Below, piece by piece: positions 37,517-47,554 of a stretch of 64,000 nt of DNA. The stretch's first letter is position 1. Every line of letters begins with the position of its first letter. The stretch is from Oceanispirochaeta sp. (GTDB lineage Bacteria > Spirochaetota > Spirochaetia > DSM-2461). Location of the stretch: the NCBI GenBank assembly GCA_963663385.2, contig CAXXXD010000003.1, forward strand, positions 96,001-160,000, written 5' to 3'. The position numbers and the translations under genes are program-made. Below the pieces are notes generated by a model. That model did not search any database. It was not told the DNA's origin and saw only the letters and a list, made by a program, of their open reading frames with translations.

Positions 37517-39106
37517 ATGGGAAATACACATATACCTCTTTTACCCCAACCGAATGGAGAAGTTCTGATTTCTTCGGATGACAGTCTGCTTTATACTTCG
37601 GTCTCCGTGATCGAATATGAATCGGACTACGTTTCGGCCGCTGAAATGATGGATGCATTCTTTAAACACCATTATCACCTCAATCTGTTAGTGACCCCCA
37701 TTTCGGGGGTTACCTGTACCGAGCCTGTTCTCCGTATTGTCAGAGGCAAGTTTCAGGGAAGCTCCGAAGCCTACAGAATTCATTGTACAGAGTTGGTCTG
37801 CGAGATTCAGGCCGCATCGGCTGCCGGTGCCATTTATGGGGTTCAAACAGTGAAGCAGCTAATGGCCGAAGATGCTCCGTCTATTCCTAAGTGCAGGATT
37901 GAAGATTTTCCGGAGTATGAATGGCGTGGGGTTATGCTGGATTCCGCCCGTACCTTTATCGAGGTGGAGGAAATATACAGACTCCTTGACCTTTTCTCTC
38001 TCCTTAAATTCAACAGGCTTCATTGGCACCTGACAGATGATCAAGGATGGCGGATTGAGATCAAAGCCTATCCGAAGCTGACGGAGATGGGCGCTTTCCG
38101 GGAGGGATCGGAAAGCCGGTCATTCGGGAGGACGCGGATTGTGCCCGGCAAGATGGGAGGGTTCTATACGCAGGAACAGATTCGGAACATTGTCAGGTAT
38201 GCCGGGAATCTGGGAATCCTTATTGTTCCGGAAATTGATCTTCCGGGTCATGTTACGGCTGCATTGAATGCCTATCCTGAACTGAGTTGTACGGGCGATT
38301 CATTCGTTATTCCTCCCGGAGCGGGAATTTTTGAAGATGTTTTATGCCTAGGCAAGTCTGAAACCCTTGAATTCGTGTACAAAGTGCTGGATGAAATCAG
38401 TATTCTTTTCCCATCTCCCTGGATTCATCTGGGCGGGGACGAAATACCAACCGGAAGATGGGAGGAATGCCGTGAGTGTCAAAAGAAACGGAAAGTCCTG
38501 GGGCTGAATCATGAAAGGGAACTTCATATATGGTTTTGCAATACTGTTGCAGAATATCTTAAAATGAAAAATAGAACATTGATCCTCTGGAATGATTGCA
38601 TGGACGATGCGCTTACACGAGACGCTTTCTGCCAGGTATGGACGCCACAACGGGATTTGCGGAATAAAGCGCTTGAAGCAAAGAAAACATATATCTTTTC
38701 CGACTATTTCCATTCATATTTCGACTTGCCCCATCGGATTACCGGAGTGAAACAGGTTTACAATTATAGTCGTAAGCTGAAAAGGACGAGAAATATATCC
38801 ATCTCTATCCTGGGTACGGAATTTTTACTATGGACAGAATGGATTCATGATAGAAAAGGTCGGGATACTCATCTTTTCCCCAGACTGATTGCTGGTTCGG
38901 AAGTAGCCTGGACCAAAACAGAGAATAGTCGGTATTTCCATTTTATAAAAGGACTAAAGAAAATGAAGCGTCTAATGGAAAAACAGTATAATGTTGTTTT
39001 CCACAACTTCCGGCGAAGTTTCCCGATTTTCCTTGTCGTTTGGGTTTCACGGATTATCCGACTCTTTCATGTGAGGAAGAATCAGGTCAACTATAAAAAG
39101 GAATAG
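37517..39106 (+). CDS. GH20 beta-N-acetylhexosaminidase (no signal peptide)
   Basis: WRGVMLDSAR, HWHLTDDQGWR, PEIDLPGH, HLGGDE catalytic pair, LWTE, FPRL. Confidence 0.93.
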   Translation: MGNTHIPLLPQPNGEVLISSDDSLLYTSVSVIEYESDYVSAAEMMDAFFKHHYHLNLLVTPISGVTCTEPVLRIVRGKFQGSSEAYRIHCTELVCEIQAASAAGAIYGVQTVKQLMAEDAPSIPKCRIEDFPEYEWRGVMLDSARTFIEVEEIYRLLDLFSLLKFNRLHWHLTDDQGWRIEIKAYPKLTEMGAFREGSESRSFGRTRIVPGKMGGFYTQEQIRNIVRYAGNLGILIVPEIDLPGHVTAALNAYPELSCTGDSFVIPPGAGIFEDVLCLGKSETLEFVYKVLDEISILFPSPWIHLGGDEIPTGRWEECRECQKKRKVLGLNHERELHIWFCNTVAEYLKMKNRTLILWNDCMDDALTRDAFCQVWTPQRDLRNKALEAKKTYIFSDYFHSYFDLPHRITGVKQVYNYSRKLKRTRNISISILGTEFLLWTEWIHDRKGRDTHLFPRLIAGSEVAWTKTENSRYFHFIKGLKKMKRLMEKQYNVVFHNFRRSFPIFLVVWVSRIIRLFHVRKNQVNYKKE

Positions 39107-39124
39107 TTTCGATCTAACTTCTTT

Positions 39125-39159
39125 CTGAAAGAGAATCTACAGAGCTGATTCTCTTTCAG
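39125..39159 (+). terminator. stem-loop after GH20 gene
   Basis: CTGAAAGAGAATC-9-GATTCTCTTTCAG perfect 13-bp stem; no clear U-tract. Confidence 0.5.
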
Positions 39160-39290
39160 GGATAATATTTTATAAGGGATAAGAACATGAATCTCTATTC
39201 GGGTTCTTTTATTCGCTGACAGAGGGGCTTTTGCAAGCTCCTCATAAGGGCATTCAGCGAATGGCTTTATTCAACTCCTATACACAATCT

Positions 39291-39519
39291 ACAGGAAATC
39301 AGAACCTTTTAGATGCGTATATCAGTACCTATGAATATGCCATATGCCAAAATGATAACAAGGAGCAGGTTAAGCAGTTCGTTATCCTGATGAATGAGAA
39401 GGGCAATATGCTATATACACTTACTAGAAAGCGGGTACAGTTGAAAAAATTTCAGGATAGGGTGATTTGCTTTATCATAGATAAAGTTTTTTGATGCCCT
39501 GCCTTAAGATTCAAATCTG
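39291..39519 (+). pseudogene. decayed, internally deleted duplicate of the 32132-32923 gene pair
   Basis: Aligns with about 32338-32474 (YEYA...EQVKQFxILMNExG) joined to about 32845-32935 (FQDRVIxFIIDKVF, GATGCCCTGCC); extra T frameshift near the end. Confidence 0.85.
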
Positions 39520-39617
39520 AAATTGTAGAAGAAAGCCCGACATAGAGCTGATAAATAACATCTCCTGTTTTAAACCCTGGTACTGGAAAATAAACATAAT
39601 GACTTTTTTTCCGGGAT

Positions 39618-39673
39618 ACTAACTAAAGTTAGCAGTAAATTTGCTTTTATTTATTGGAAACCGGGAGTATAAT
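39618..39673 (+). promoter_or_regulatory. palindromic box copy 4 with downstream -10
   Basis: ACTAACTAAAGTTAGC (39618-39633), TATAAT at 39668. Confidence 0.75.
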
Positions 39674-39711
39674 CGCGTGTCTCACAGTAAATAAACACCA
39701 GGAGAAGCTAA

Positions 39712-41829
39712 GTGCAGAAATATTTACTCCCGTTATTTTTTCTATTCATAAACATTGGCAGCGGATTCGCTCAAAACATCTACAAGGATGTGAAAGACTC
39801 GGTAATCAGCCTGGAGCATATGTTTTACCTGGATGCCGCCGATTGCGAGCAACCCTCACTAATTCGTAAACTGGAAGAACTGACAGAACAGGACTTTCTG
39901 AACACACCCATGGCTGTTAAGACAGGATCGGGATTTATTATTGATCCCCGGGGGTACGCTCTGACCAACAGGCATGTGGTACTTTTCAAGGATCTGAATG
40001 AAGTCAGGGACAGCATCGGACTGGATATAGCCGAATCCATAATCGGGGAGTACGGCTACAGCTTCAGCGAGTCGGAAAAAAACAGTATACGTCATGATTT
40101 CTATAACATGTTTACAAAAGGAAAGTACCAGTTTACGGGAATACTCTCCGAACAGGAATATGAAATTGAAGTTCTGGAGGTTTCTCCGGAAGATTCGGAT
40201 GATCTGGCTCTGATCCGTCTCAAGGGAGACTCGGACTTTTCCGGCCTGCCTCTTGCCGCTTCGGAAGTTATAGACAATTCTCTTATCGGCCAGACAGTCT
40301 ACAGTTTCGGCTATCCTCTCGGAGCAACCCTTACCCGGATCTTTCAGGACAGAATCGTGTCCATGAATAAAGGGAACATTTCAGCCTTCCGGGAGGACGA
40401 ACTGAGTATCCAGCATAATGCCGCCATAAGCAGCGGAAACTCGGGTGGACCTCTTGTAAACGAAGACCAAAAAGTTCTCGGTATCAATACGGCTCTGCTG
40501 GAAGGCGGTAACAGCCTTTTCTACTCTATCGGCATAGATAAGGCAGTCACCTTTTTAAGCGAAAGGGGATATTCAGATATTTTAAAATGGAACGCCAGAA
40601 ATCTTAAGCCGGATGGCGTGAGGGTTAATCTTAAAACCAATTCATTAGGGGAACTGGAATCATCTTCGGATCTGCTTATTCTGGGAGAAAAAGGCGCAGA
40701 TATTTATCTGGATGAGCATTACATCGGCAGGGCTCCCATGTATGTGGACCTTCCGATGCCCCTGAGTCAAATAAGGATTGTAGGAAGCAAAGGCATCTTT
40801 TCGGCAAAAATCAGAAAGCTCGGTTCCCTGAGCGGTACAACCGAACTGGTCCCGGATTTCGAAAATCCCCTTATCCCTCTCTCAATCACGGAATCGGAAG
40901 GACAGTCCGTCGCCGTTTACGCGGACGGCCGATATCTCGGCGACACTCCTCTAAGGTTGGAGCTTCCCTGTGACGACTACGCTCTCTCCTTTAAATCGGA
41001 GAGTGTCGTTTATCCCGGTATAAACCATAGTTTGAGTAAGGATAATCCCAATGAGATAGTTATTCAGGGAGAGCCCGGTTACCCTCTGCATGTCGTAAAT
41101 CATGAGATCCTGACGGGGACGGCCGCGCAGGATGACCTTGATCTGATATTGGGTAAAGCCACCACCTGCCGCTCGGGAGTATACCTTTTCCGTTCCGGTC
41201 CGGTTGAAGTAGAGGCCGCTTATAACGATCCGATTGTGCTGCAGGAAGGAAACTGGACGCTTGAAATCCCGGGAGATCCCGAATGGGAGGGGCGTCCGAT
41301 TGAATTCGAGGTTCTGGGAGAAACAACCCTTGATCTGAGAAAATCCGGAGGAACCGGAGCCCTTGCAATACGGAATTTTCAAAAAGGCATGGAAGTTTTT
41401 ATTGACGGAGCCAGGATCGAGAATCCCGCGGAAGTCCTCCCCGAACTGCCTCTGGGGATCCGTGATGTCTATATCTGGCAGGACGGAAAGCTTCCCTGCG
41501 AAACAGATATTACCATCAGAAACAACGACAGCGCCTTTATTACATTTCAACCGAGAATGGGGCATTCTGCCAAGTCCGCTCTCTGGGGAGGCGGCAGCCT
41601 TACCCTAATCGGCGCCGGACTGACATTAGGGCTGCTGGATACGGATCCCTATGCCTTATCTCATTCCAATACCTACAGTGAATACAAAGACGAAAAGGAA
41701 CGCATCGCCACCATGAGCGGCGGTATGATAATTACCGGGGCGTTAATGCTGATTCCGGCTGTTCTGGAATGGGCCGCCCACAGCAAATCCAGAAACAGAT
41801 ACAACGAAGTCCGGGGAGGCGTTCAATGA
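39712..41829 (+). CDS. exported trypsin-like (S1C) serine protease with PEGA-like domains
   Basis: Signal peptide, TGSGF, TNRHVV, DLALI, GNSGGP triad; PEGA-like IYLDEHYIGRAP and VYADGRYLGDTP; C-terminal hydrophobic hairpin. Confidence 0.85.
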   Translation: MQKYLLPLFFLFINIGSGFAQNIYKDVKDSVISLEHMFYLDAADCEQPSLIRKLEELTEQDFLNTPMAVKTGSGFIIDPRGYALTNRHVVLFKDLNEVRDSIGLDIAESIIGEYGYSFSESEKNSIRHDFYNMFTKGKYQFTGILSEQEYEIEVLEVSPEDSDDLALIRLKGDSDFSGLPLAASEVIDNSLIGQTVYSFGYPLGATLTRIFQDRIVSMNKGNISAFREDELSIQHNAAISSGNSGGPLVNEDQKVLGINTALLEGGNSLFYSIGIDKAVTFLSERGYSDILKWNARNLKPDGVRVNLKTNSLGELESSSDLLILGEKGADIYLDEHYIGRAPMYVDLPMPLSQIRIVGSKGIFSAKIRKLGSLSGTTELVPDFENPLIPLSITESEGQSVAVYADGRYLGDTPLRLELPCDDYALSFKSESVVYPGINHSLSKDNPNEIVIQGEPGYPLHVVNHEILTGTAAQDDLDLILGKATTCRSGVYLFRSGPVEVEAAYNDPIVLQEGNWTLEIPGDPEWEGRPIEFEVLGETTLDLRKSGGTGALAIRNFQKGMEVFIDGARIENPAEVLPELPLGIRDVYIWQDGKLPCETDITIRNNDSAFITFQPRMGHSAKSALWGGGSLTLIGAGLTLGLLDTDPYALSHSNTYSEYKDEKERIATMSGGMIITGALMLIPAVLEWAAHSKSRNRYNEVRGGVQ

Positions 41830-42332
41830 GGAACTTGAAAATTATCCTGATACTTGCAGTCATGGTCCAGCTGATCTCCTGCAGTACAATTTCCAATAAG
41901 GAGAAACTGACATCCGATGACTGCATGGTTCTGATCCCGGTAGGAGTTGACCGGCCTGTCGGAACACATACTGCCAGAACCTATACCCTGCATGTATCCG
42001 GTCTGGATAAGAGTATTAAAATTTCCAAAAAAGCGGTCGGTTATATCGAGGTAAAAATCAGGAGGGATTCCCAGGATATCATAGCTCTGAAGAGTAAAAT
42101 AACGGATAGTAATTTTACCGGAAAATCGTCCAATGATGAAATGTTCAAAGACCTTCCCTACAGCCCCGGTCAGGTGGTGGCCTGTGATTTCAGGATCATT
42201 CAGAAGATGGAGGAGGTCGCTCCCAACCGGTATATCAGCAGTATCGATTTCAAGCCCGTATCGGCGGATGAACAGAAGGAACTGGTTAATAAATTTATGT
42301 CGCAGCCGGCAAACGCGTCGTGGTTTGAATAA
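41826..42332 (+). CDS. hypothetical lipoprotein
   Basis: MRNLKIILILAVMVQLISC lipobox; ATGA overlap and GGAGG RBS. Confidence 0.75.
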   Translation: MRNLKIILILAVMVQLISCSTISNKEKLTSDDCMVLIPVGVDRPVGTHTARTYTLHVSGLDKSIKISKKAVGYIEVKIRRDSQDIIALKSKITDSNFTGKSSNDEMFKDLPYSPGQVVACDFRIIQKMEEVAPNRYISSIDFKPVSADEQKELVNKFMSQPANASWFE

Positions 42333-42343
42333 GGAATTTCATT

Positions 42344-43735
42344 ATGAATAAATATATTATTTTAATTGGGTTTTTAGTTATATCTGTCTTGTCATGCGAT
42401 CTTGGAATGGTCGATGTCATGGACTTTGAAGAGTACGGGGATAAGATGGATATGGAAGTCCTGGATGTTGAATTCCGGCTCTATTCTGTTGTGGATAGAT
42501 ATCAGGAAACAAATGAGTTTGACGTGTATATCAGATTTGATGATTATCTGAATTTGAATAGTTCCCAGATACTGGATCTGAAAAAAAACATTATGGATAA
42601 TATACAGGTGGAGAATGCCTCTGTTAGCGCATTTTATTACACAGACATATATAATTCAGAAAGCCGGGAATATGACCATTCTTTATTGAAGATTACCATA
42701 ATTCCAGGCGGACAGGGAAATATTGAAATCACTATACCGGAAAAAACAATAAAACTCTCTTTTAATAAAGATGATTACCTGAACCGTTATAACAAGGAAG
42801 CTTCGGAGACATTGGTTATCCCTAGAGATCTGCTTTACCCCTATTCTAAATCTGGTCTGGATATTTCGAGAGTCTGCTGGTTAAGTGCACATGAATACCT
42901 GGTAGTCGATACGGAAAACGATAAGATCCTTGTTATTGATTCGGACAGCTGTTCTGTTACGAGGGAGTGTAGTATATCCCTGGATGATATCTCGGATATG
43001 GAATACAGTGCGGATAAGAATGTTCTCTATATCCTGAGTTCTTCCTCTTTAAAACTCACTATTCTGGATGTCGGGACTTTGAAGTCCAGTACAGAAACAC
43101 TTTCCAGCACTTACTCTCCCCATGGAAAAGCATTGGAGCTTGATACAGTCCATAACCGCATCTATATTCTGACAAATACATATAAATTATACTCCCTTGA
43201 TATGGATGATTATTCAGTTAAAATTAATAGCGCTGATTTACCATTAAATATTAATGGAATTGCACTTGATGCAGAAAAAAATCTTCTATACACAGCAAAC
43301 AGCAAAAGCGTATATCGATACAGTGTTGCCGGTGATACCGTTTCGGAAGAGACATCAAGTCCATCATCATCCATTTCTCATGTGCAGCTGGTTATGAATG
43401 GTGACGGCAGTAAAATCTATTATGCTGACTCGGATGGACTCCATTATATTAATACATCTGATCTTTCTGAATCATCTTTCGAGGGTAGTGGCGAATTCCA
43501 TGCCATTCTTCCGGAATCTGATCTCCTTTTTACATCTGAACGCAGCTATCCCAATTTATACCTTTACAAATATAAGCTCTCAGACCATTCCCTGATCAGT
43601 ACAACTAATCTGGGATATATAGACGGATACGCTGTTAACAAGGACGGAACAGAGGCATTAGTCTATGAGGGCGAGTATTCTTATAGTTCAGGGATTGGAC
43701 ACTGGGAGGATTATATTAACTTCGAAGATCTGTGA
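42344..43735 (+). CDS. lipoprotein with Ig-like and beta-propeller (YncE-like) domains
   Basis: Lipobox VLSC; repeated blades (MEYSADKNVLYI, LELDTVHNRIYI, IALDAEKNLLY, MNGDGSKIYY). Confidence 0.72.
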   Translation: MNKYIILIGFLVISVLSCDLGMVDVMDFEEYGDKMDMEVLDVEFRLYSVVDRYQETNEFDVYIRFDDYLNLNSSQILDLKKNIMDNIQVENASVSAFYYTDIYNSESREYDHSLLKITIIPGGQGNIEITIPEKTIKLSFNKDDYLNRYNKEASETLVIPRDLLYPYSKSGLDISRVCWLSAHEYLVVDTENDKILVIDSDSCSVTRECSISLDDISDMEYSADKNVLYILSSSSLKLTILDVGTLKSSTETLSSTYSPHGKALELDTVHNRIYILTNTYKLYSLDMDDYSVKINSADLPLNINGIALDAEKNLLYTANSKSVYRYSVAGDTVSEETSSPSSSISHVQLVMNGDGSKIYYADSDGLHYINTSDLSESSFEGSGEFHAILPESDLLFTSERSYPNLYLYKYKLSDHSLISTTNLGYIDGYAVNKDGTEALVYEGEYSYSSGIGHWEDYINFEDL

Positions 43736-43891
43736 AACGGACGGTGTTCATCTGGAGTAAAGAAAATGAACACCCGGGCAGCCTGAAGTCTTCTGTTCCT
43801 TTGGGCCTCCGGAATCAGAACCAGCAACATATCGGGACAGAGTCGCTTACGAACACCTGGGCCGGGACATCCGCATCCGGAATAATTCTTT

Positions 43892-43937
43892 TTGACTTAC
43901 AAAAAAAGTGATTGTATAATAACTTACGCGTGTCAGT
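43892..43937 (+). promoter_or_regulatory. sigma70 promoter with LacI-type operator
   Basis: TTGACT-17-TATAAT (43892-43920) followed by ACTTACGCGTGTCAGT (43922-43937). Confidence 0.8.
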
Positions 43938-44037
43938 AATGACGGTACCTACCGGAGATATCTCTCTTTCTGAGTGTCGGAAGGTAGTGTTGCTGAATAT
44001 GATGCGTTATTCAAAAGACTCTCAGGGTGTGAACGTT

Positions 44038-45882
44038 ATGAACTTTTTCGGAAAACTGACTCTGGCCGTATCTGTAATCATTCTATGCTTCTCCATAGCG
44101 GTATTTGCCATTATTGGGGCGGAAACGCGCAATGAACGTATGAACGAAACAGCTATGCTCTTTATGCGGGCTCTGTCCAATATGAATCATCTCAACTACA
44201 AACAGAAGGATATTCTGACAAAAAGGGAGAGTCTGGAGACCCTGATTAAGGAACTGCGGACAGCCATGGAAGAGTGTGAAGCCGATATTGATGCCATTTC
44301 CGCTTCCACGGCCGTTCTTTCCGGAGAAACAGTTGGAGAAATCGAGAAGCTGACTGCATTCTGGTCGGGATTACAATCCATGCTGAATCGGGGACTGGAT
44401 GACCTTGAGAGCCTGTCCGGGCACAACCTTGTGAATCTGGTCCCTGAAACGGGGCTGGACGGACTGATAAAACGGAGCGGTGATAATAGCACCGCAGTAA
44501 AGGGAAATGATATGAGGTTCTACCTGGAACTGGCGGACTTCCGGGAAAACCTCTCCCTTATTGAATCGGCTTCCCAGGCCTATCGTGAGAAACTGATGCT
44601 TCTGGAGAACTCGGTTACGAGGGAGGCCGGAAGAAACAGGGCAAGAAACAGAATCGTTTCATCGGCTGCACTTGGTTTCGCTCTGCTTTTCGCCATAGTA
44701 TTTGTGCTGCTTTTTTCGAAACACATGGCGGGGAGGGTCGAGGACATCGAAACCGTCATGAGCCATGTGGCCGACAGGAATCTGACCGGGCGCGCCAAAG
44801 TACGCGGACGTGATGAGCTGGGGGCTCTGGGCAGTCATGTCAATCATGTTCTGGAATTCCTCAGAGGGTTCCTCGACGAAGTGAAAGACGCCTCCGCCCA
44901 CAACCGGTCCCTGGGTGAATCTCTCTCGGCAGCCAGCAGTGAATCAGCTGCTGCCGTTAACGAGATCTCCCGGCATATCGAATCAATAAGAAAAAGATTT
45001 CAGGACCTTTACGGTGAGATTGCCTCTTCCTCCGGTTCAATAGGGGAGATCGGAAATCAGATCGGGATACTGATGGAGAATGTCGCCGTTCAGGCCGATT
45101 CGGTTGTCGAAACGGAAACCGCCATAAATCAGATGTCAGTGTCCATCGGAGCGGTGGCTGCCCTGTCCCGGTCCAAGAGAGAAAGCGCCGCGGAAATGCT
45201 CCGCACAGTTGAATCGGGCGGCGAGAAGGTTATGGAGACGAACAGAATTGTCGAGACGATTTCAAACGAAGTGGATAAAATACTGGAGATAATTGGAATT
45301 ATCAACGGTATATCGTCCCAGTCCAGTCTGCTGTCCATGAATGCCGCCATAGAGAGCGCCCATGCAGGGGATGCCGGCAAGGGGTTTGCCGTGGTGGCCA
45401 ATGAAATCCGCAAGCTTTCGGAAGATTCAGCCGAACAGGCCCGCATTATCAAGAACTCCATTCTTACCATAACGGCGATGATTGAAGAAGCTCTCCTGTC
45501 CAGCGGCCGGGGCGCCGAGGCTTTTGCCGATATCAACCGGGAAGTTTCCCTCTTTGCCGGCGATATGGAGACCATTTCCAGCAGTATGGATGAACTGGCT
45601 TCCGCCGGGAATCAGGTTCTCGGGAGCGCCGCGGAAGTATCCGGTAAAACGGCCGAAATCAAAAAGCGCTCTATTGTTATGGGCGAGAATTCCCGGAAAA
45701 TCGAGCAATCCATGAAATCAATAGAAGCTGTATCGTCGGAGATGGTGGTCGTTATCGGAGAAATTGACCTGGGTACCAGGGAAATCCTGAACGCTGTGAA
45801 CGAACTTGCCGAGATCAGTCATGAAAGCCGCTCCAGAATGGATAATCTTAACAGCGCTGTCAAAACCTTTGTGACTTGTTGA
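44038..45882 (+). CDS. methyl-accepting chemotaxis protein
   Basis: Two TMs, HAMP (DELGAL), LLSMNAAIESAHAGDAGKGFAVVANEIRKLSE. Confidence 0.93.
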   Translation: MNFFGKLTLAVSVIILCFSIAVFAIIGAETRNERMNETAMLFMRALSNMNHLNYKQKDILTKRESLETLIKELRTAMEECEADIDAISASTAVLSGETVGEIEKLTAFWSGLQSMLNRGLDDLESLSGHNLVNLVPETGLDGLIKRSGDNSTAVKGNDMRFYLELADFRENLSLIESASQAYREKLMLLENSVTREAGRNRARNRIVSSAALGFALLFAIVFVLLFSKHMAGRVEDIETVMSHVADRNLTGRAKVRGRDELGALGSHVNHVLEFLRGFLDEVKDASAHNRSLGESLSAASSESAAAVNEISRHIESIRKRFQDLYGEIASSSGSIGEIGNQIGILMENVAVQADSVVETETAINQMSVSIGAVAALSRSKRESAAEMLRTVESGGEKVMETNRIVETISNEVDKILEIIGIINGISSQSSLLSMNAAIESAHAGDAGKGFAVVANEIRKLSEDSAEQARIIKNSILTITAMIEEALLSSGRGAEAFADINREVSLFAGDMETISSSMDELASAGNQVLGSAAEVSGKTAEIKKRSIVMGENSRKIEQSMKSIEAVSSEMVVVIGEIDLGTREILNAVNELAEISHESRSRMDNLNSAVKTFVTC

Positions 45883-45936
45883 AAACCGCCGGTTCACCGC
45901 ATTGTCTGTCAATGCGTATCCGGTTGTTATTATATT

Positions 45937-45952
45937 ACTTACGCGCGTCAGT
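45937..45952. promoter_or_regulatory. LacI-type operator
   Basis: ACTTACGCGCGTCAGT directly after TATATT, upstream of lipoprotein gene. Confidence 0.75.
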
Positions 45953-46024
45953 GCGGGCTGTGACACCAGGAGGCAGCTTATACGGATACCCCGTCTTTGA
46001 TGCGAAATAAGGAGGATTTATTGT

Positions 46025-47515
46025 ATGAAAAGGGTTAGAACTCCGTTTCTTTTCGCTTTTACTTTCGCTTTGATGTTCGCAGCCTGCGAACTCCCGGTCG
46101 GTTCTATCGGGGGTGCGGGGGAGGATCCGTCCAGGACCCTCGCCGATGGGGATCCCCCGGTTATTACGGTTCTGCTGAACGAGGATTTTGAGACGACCGA
46201 TCTGACAACACGGGGCTGGACGGGAGACCTCAATAATGAAGAGCGCTGGGACACTTCTCCGGGAAGCAGTACTCTGGAGCATTATTCAGGCAGTTATGCC
46301 GCACGTTATGACTGTTATAATTCAGGAAGTCTGGGGCACATGATTTCTCCGGTGCTGGACTTCTCGGAAACGGAAAACCACAAACTCAGTTTCTATCTTA
46401 AGGAGAGGAAGAAAAACTTCTGGTGGACCAGCAGCAATTACCACAATCACCTTTACGTATATATTTCCAATGACGGCGGCGAGAGCTGGGTTAATCTCGA
46501 CCATATCATGATCGTCGATGACTGGACTCTGTTCGAGTATGACCTGGATCTTTATATAGCTCCGTCCGACAACATGAAAATCCGCTTTACCGGCCAGGGG
46601 GGAAATGTGGATGATAACTGGTACGATACATTCGTCGACGACGTAACAGTGACGGGAGAGGAAGTCTCCGGACCGGTCATTCCCACCCGGGCGGAACTGC
46701 TTCGTTACTGGGCTCCCAGGGTTTACCAGGATACCCGTAACGATACGTCCTGGACCTACAGATTCTATTCGGAAGGGGATTTTTTCTCCAAAGTGAATTT
46801 CGACGGGGACTGGAATGCGCTGAACAACTGGGAGAACTACCGGTCCTATCCTCTGGAAGCCTATGCCTATTCCAGTTTTCAGGAAACGGACAGCCATTAT
46901 TTTCTGGGATACTATTATTTTCATGCCATCGATGATTCGGAGGTGGTTTTCGACCGCCATGAAAACGATATGGAGGGTGTATTCATCGCTATAAGGAAAA
47001 ACGGCTCCTTCGGGATATTCGAAGCCATGCAGACAATCTGCCACAGCGATATTCTGCAGTATTCCAATATCTATCCAGCCGACGGAACGATATCCTTCGA
47101 AGACAGCCATCCGAAAATTTACATCTCCAGTAATGGAACGGGATACGATCACGGACACGGAATCCAGGCTTACGGAGGCGGAGAGAATACGGGAGATGAC
47201 GCCATCGTTTACAATTGCGGTACGGCGGCCGAGGTTCCGGCAGCCACTTCGCCCCTGTACGCCAATCAGTATTCCTATGCCCTGGTCAGCATAGACGAGC
47301 TGTGGTCACGCCGTTTCAATACGGGGGACGATCCGTTCTATACCTACGGCAATTTCGGCGGAGATACAAACGGCCGGGGCGCCAATGCTCCCTGGATGTG
47401 GCATGAGGGTACGCCCTTTCACAATCCGGCTCTCCATTTTCAGCAGAATTTCAGCGGTATCGGACAGGGCTTCTATTCTCTCAATTATCTGGTCAACCCC
47501 TATCCGGCCGATTGA
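46025..47515 (+). CDS. surface lipoprotein: MAM/adhesin-like jelly-roll plus NPP1/Vps62-like domain
   Basis: Lipobox FAAC; EDFE...ISPVLD...ISNDGG...IRF...DDVTV; LLRYWAPRVYQ...RHENDMEGV. Confidence 0.6.
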   Translation: MKRVRTPFLFAFTFALMFAACELPVGSIGGAGEDPSRTLADGDPPVITVLLNEDFETTDLTTRGWTGDLNNEERWDTSPGSSTLEHYSGSYAARYDCYNSGSLGHMISPVLDFSETENHKLSFYLKERKKNFWWTSSNYHNHLYVYISNDGGESWVNLDHIMIVDDWTLFEYDLDLYIAPSDNMKIRFTGQGGNVDDNWYDTFVDDVTVTGEEVSGPVIPTRAELLRYWAPRVYQDTRNDTSWTYRFYSEGDFFSKVNFDGDWNALNNWENYRSYPLEAYAYSSFQETDSHYFLGYYYFHAIDDSEVVFDRHENDMEGVFIAIRKNGSFGIFEAMQTICHSDILQYSNIYPADGTISFEDSHPKIYISSNGTGYDHGHGIQAYGGGENTGDDAIVYNCGTAAEVPAATSPLYANQYSYALVSIDELWSRRFNTGDDPFYTYGNFGGDTNGRGANAPWMWHEGTPFHNPALHFQQNFSGIGQGFYSLNYLVNPYPAD

Positions 47516-47521
47516 CTGCTT

Positions 47522-47553
47522 CCGGCCTGCCTGCGGACGGGCCGGTTTTTCTT
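47522..47553 (+). terminator. rho-independent terminator
   Basis: CCGGCCTGcc...GGACGGGCCGG followed by TTTTTTCTT between convergent genes. Confidence 0.6.
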
Positions 47554-47554
47554 C

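Noticed and set aside
39231..39494. 87-aa ORF as a genuine gene
   Set aside because: TTG start without a convincing RBS; chimeric decayed copy of the 32132-32923 pair
27900..39520. Prophage, integron or integrative element
   Set aside because: No integrase, transposase, phage structural gene, tRNA or repeated attC-like site found by eye
46322..47158. 278-aa minus-strand ORF
   Set aside because: Shadow of the lipoprotein gene
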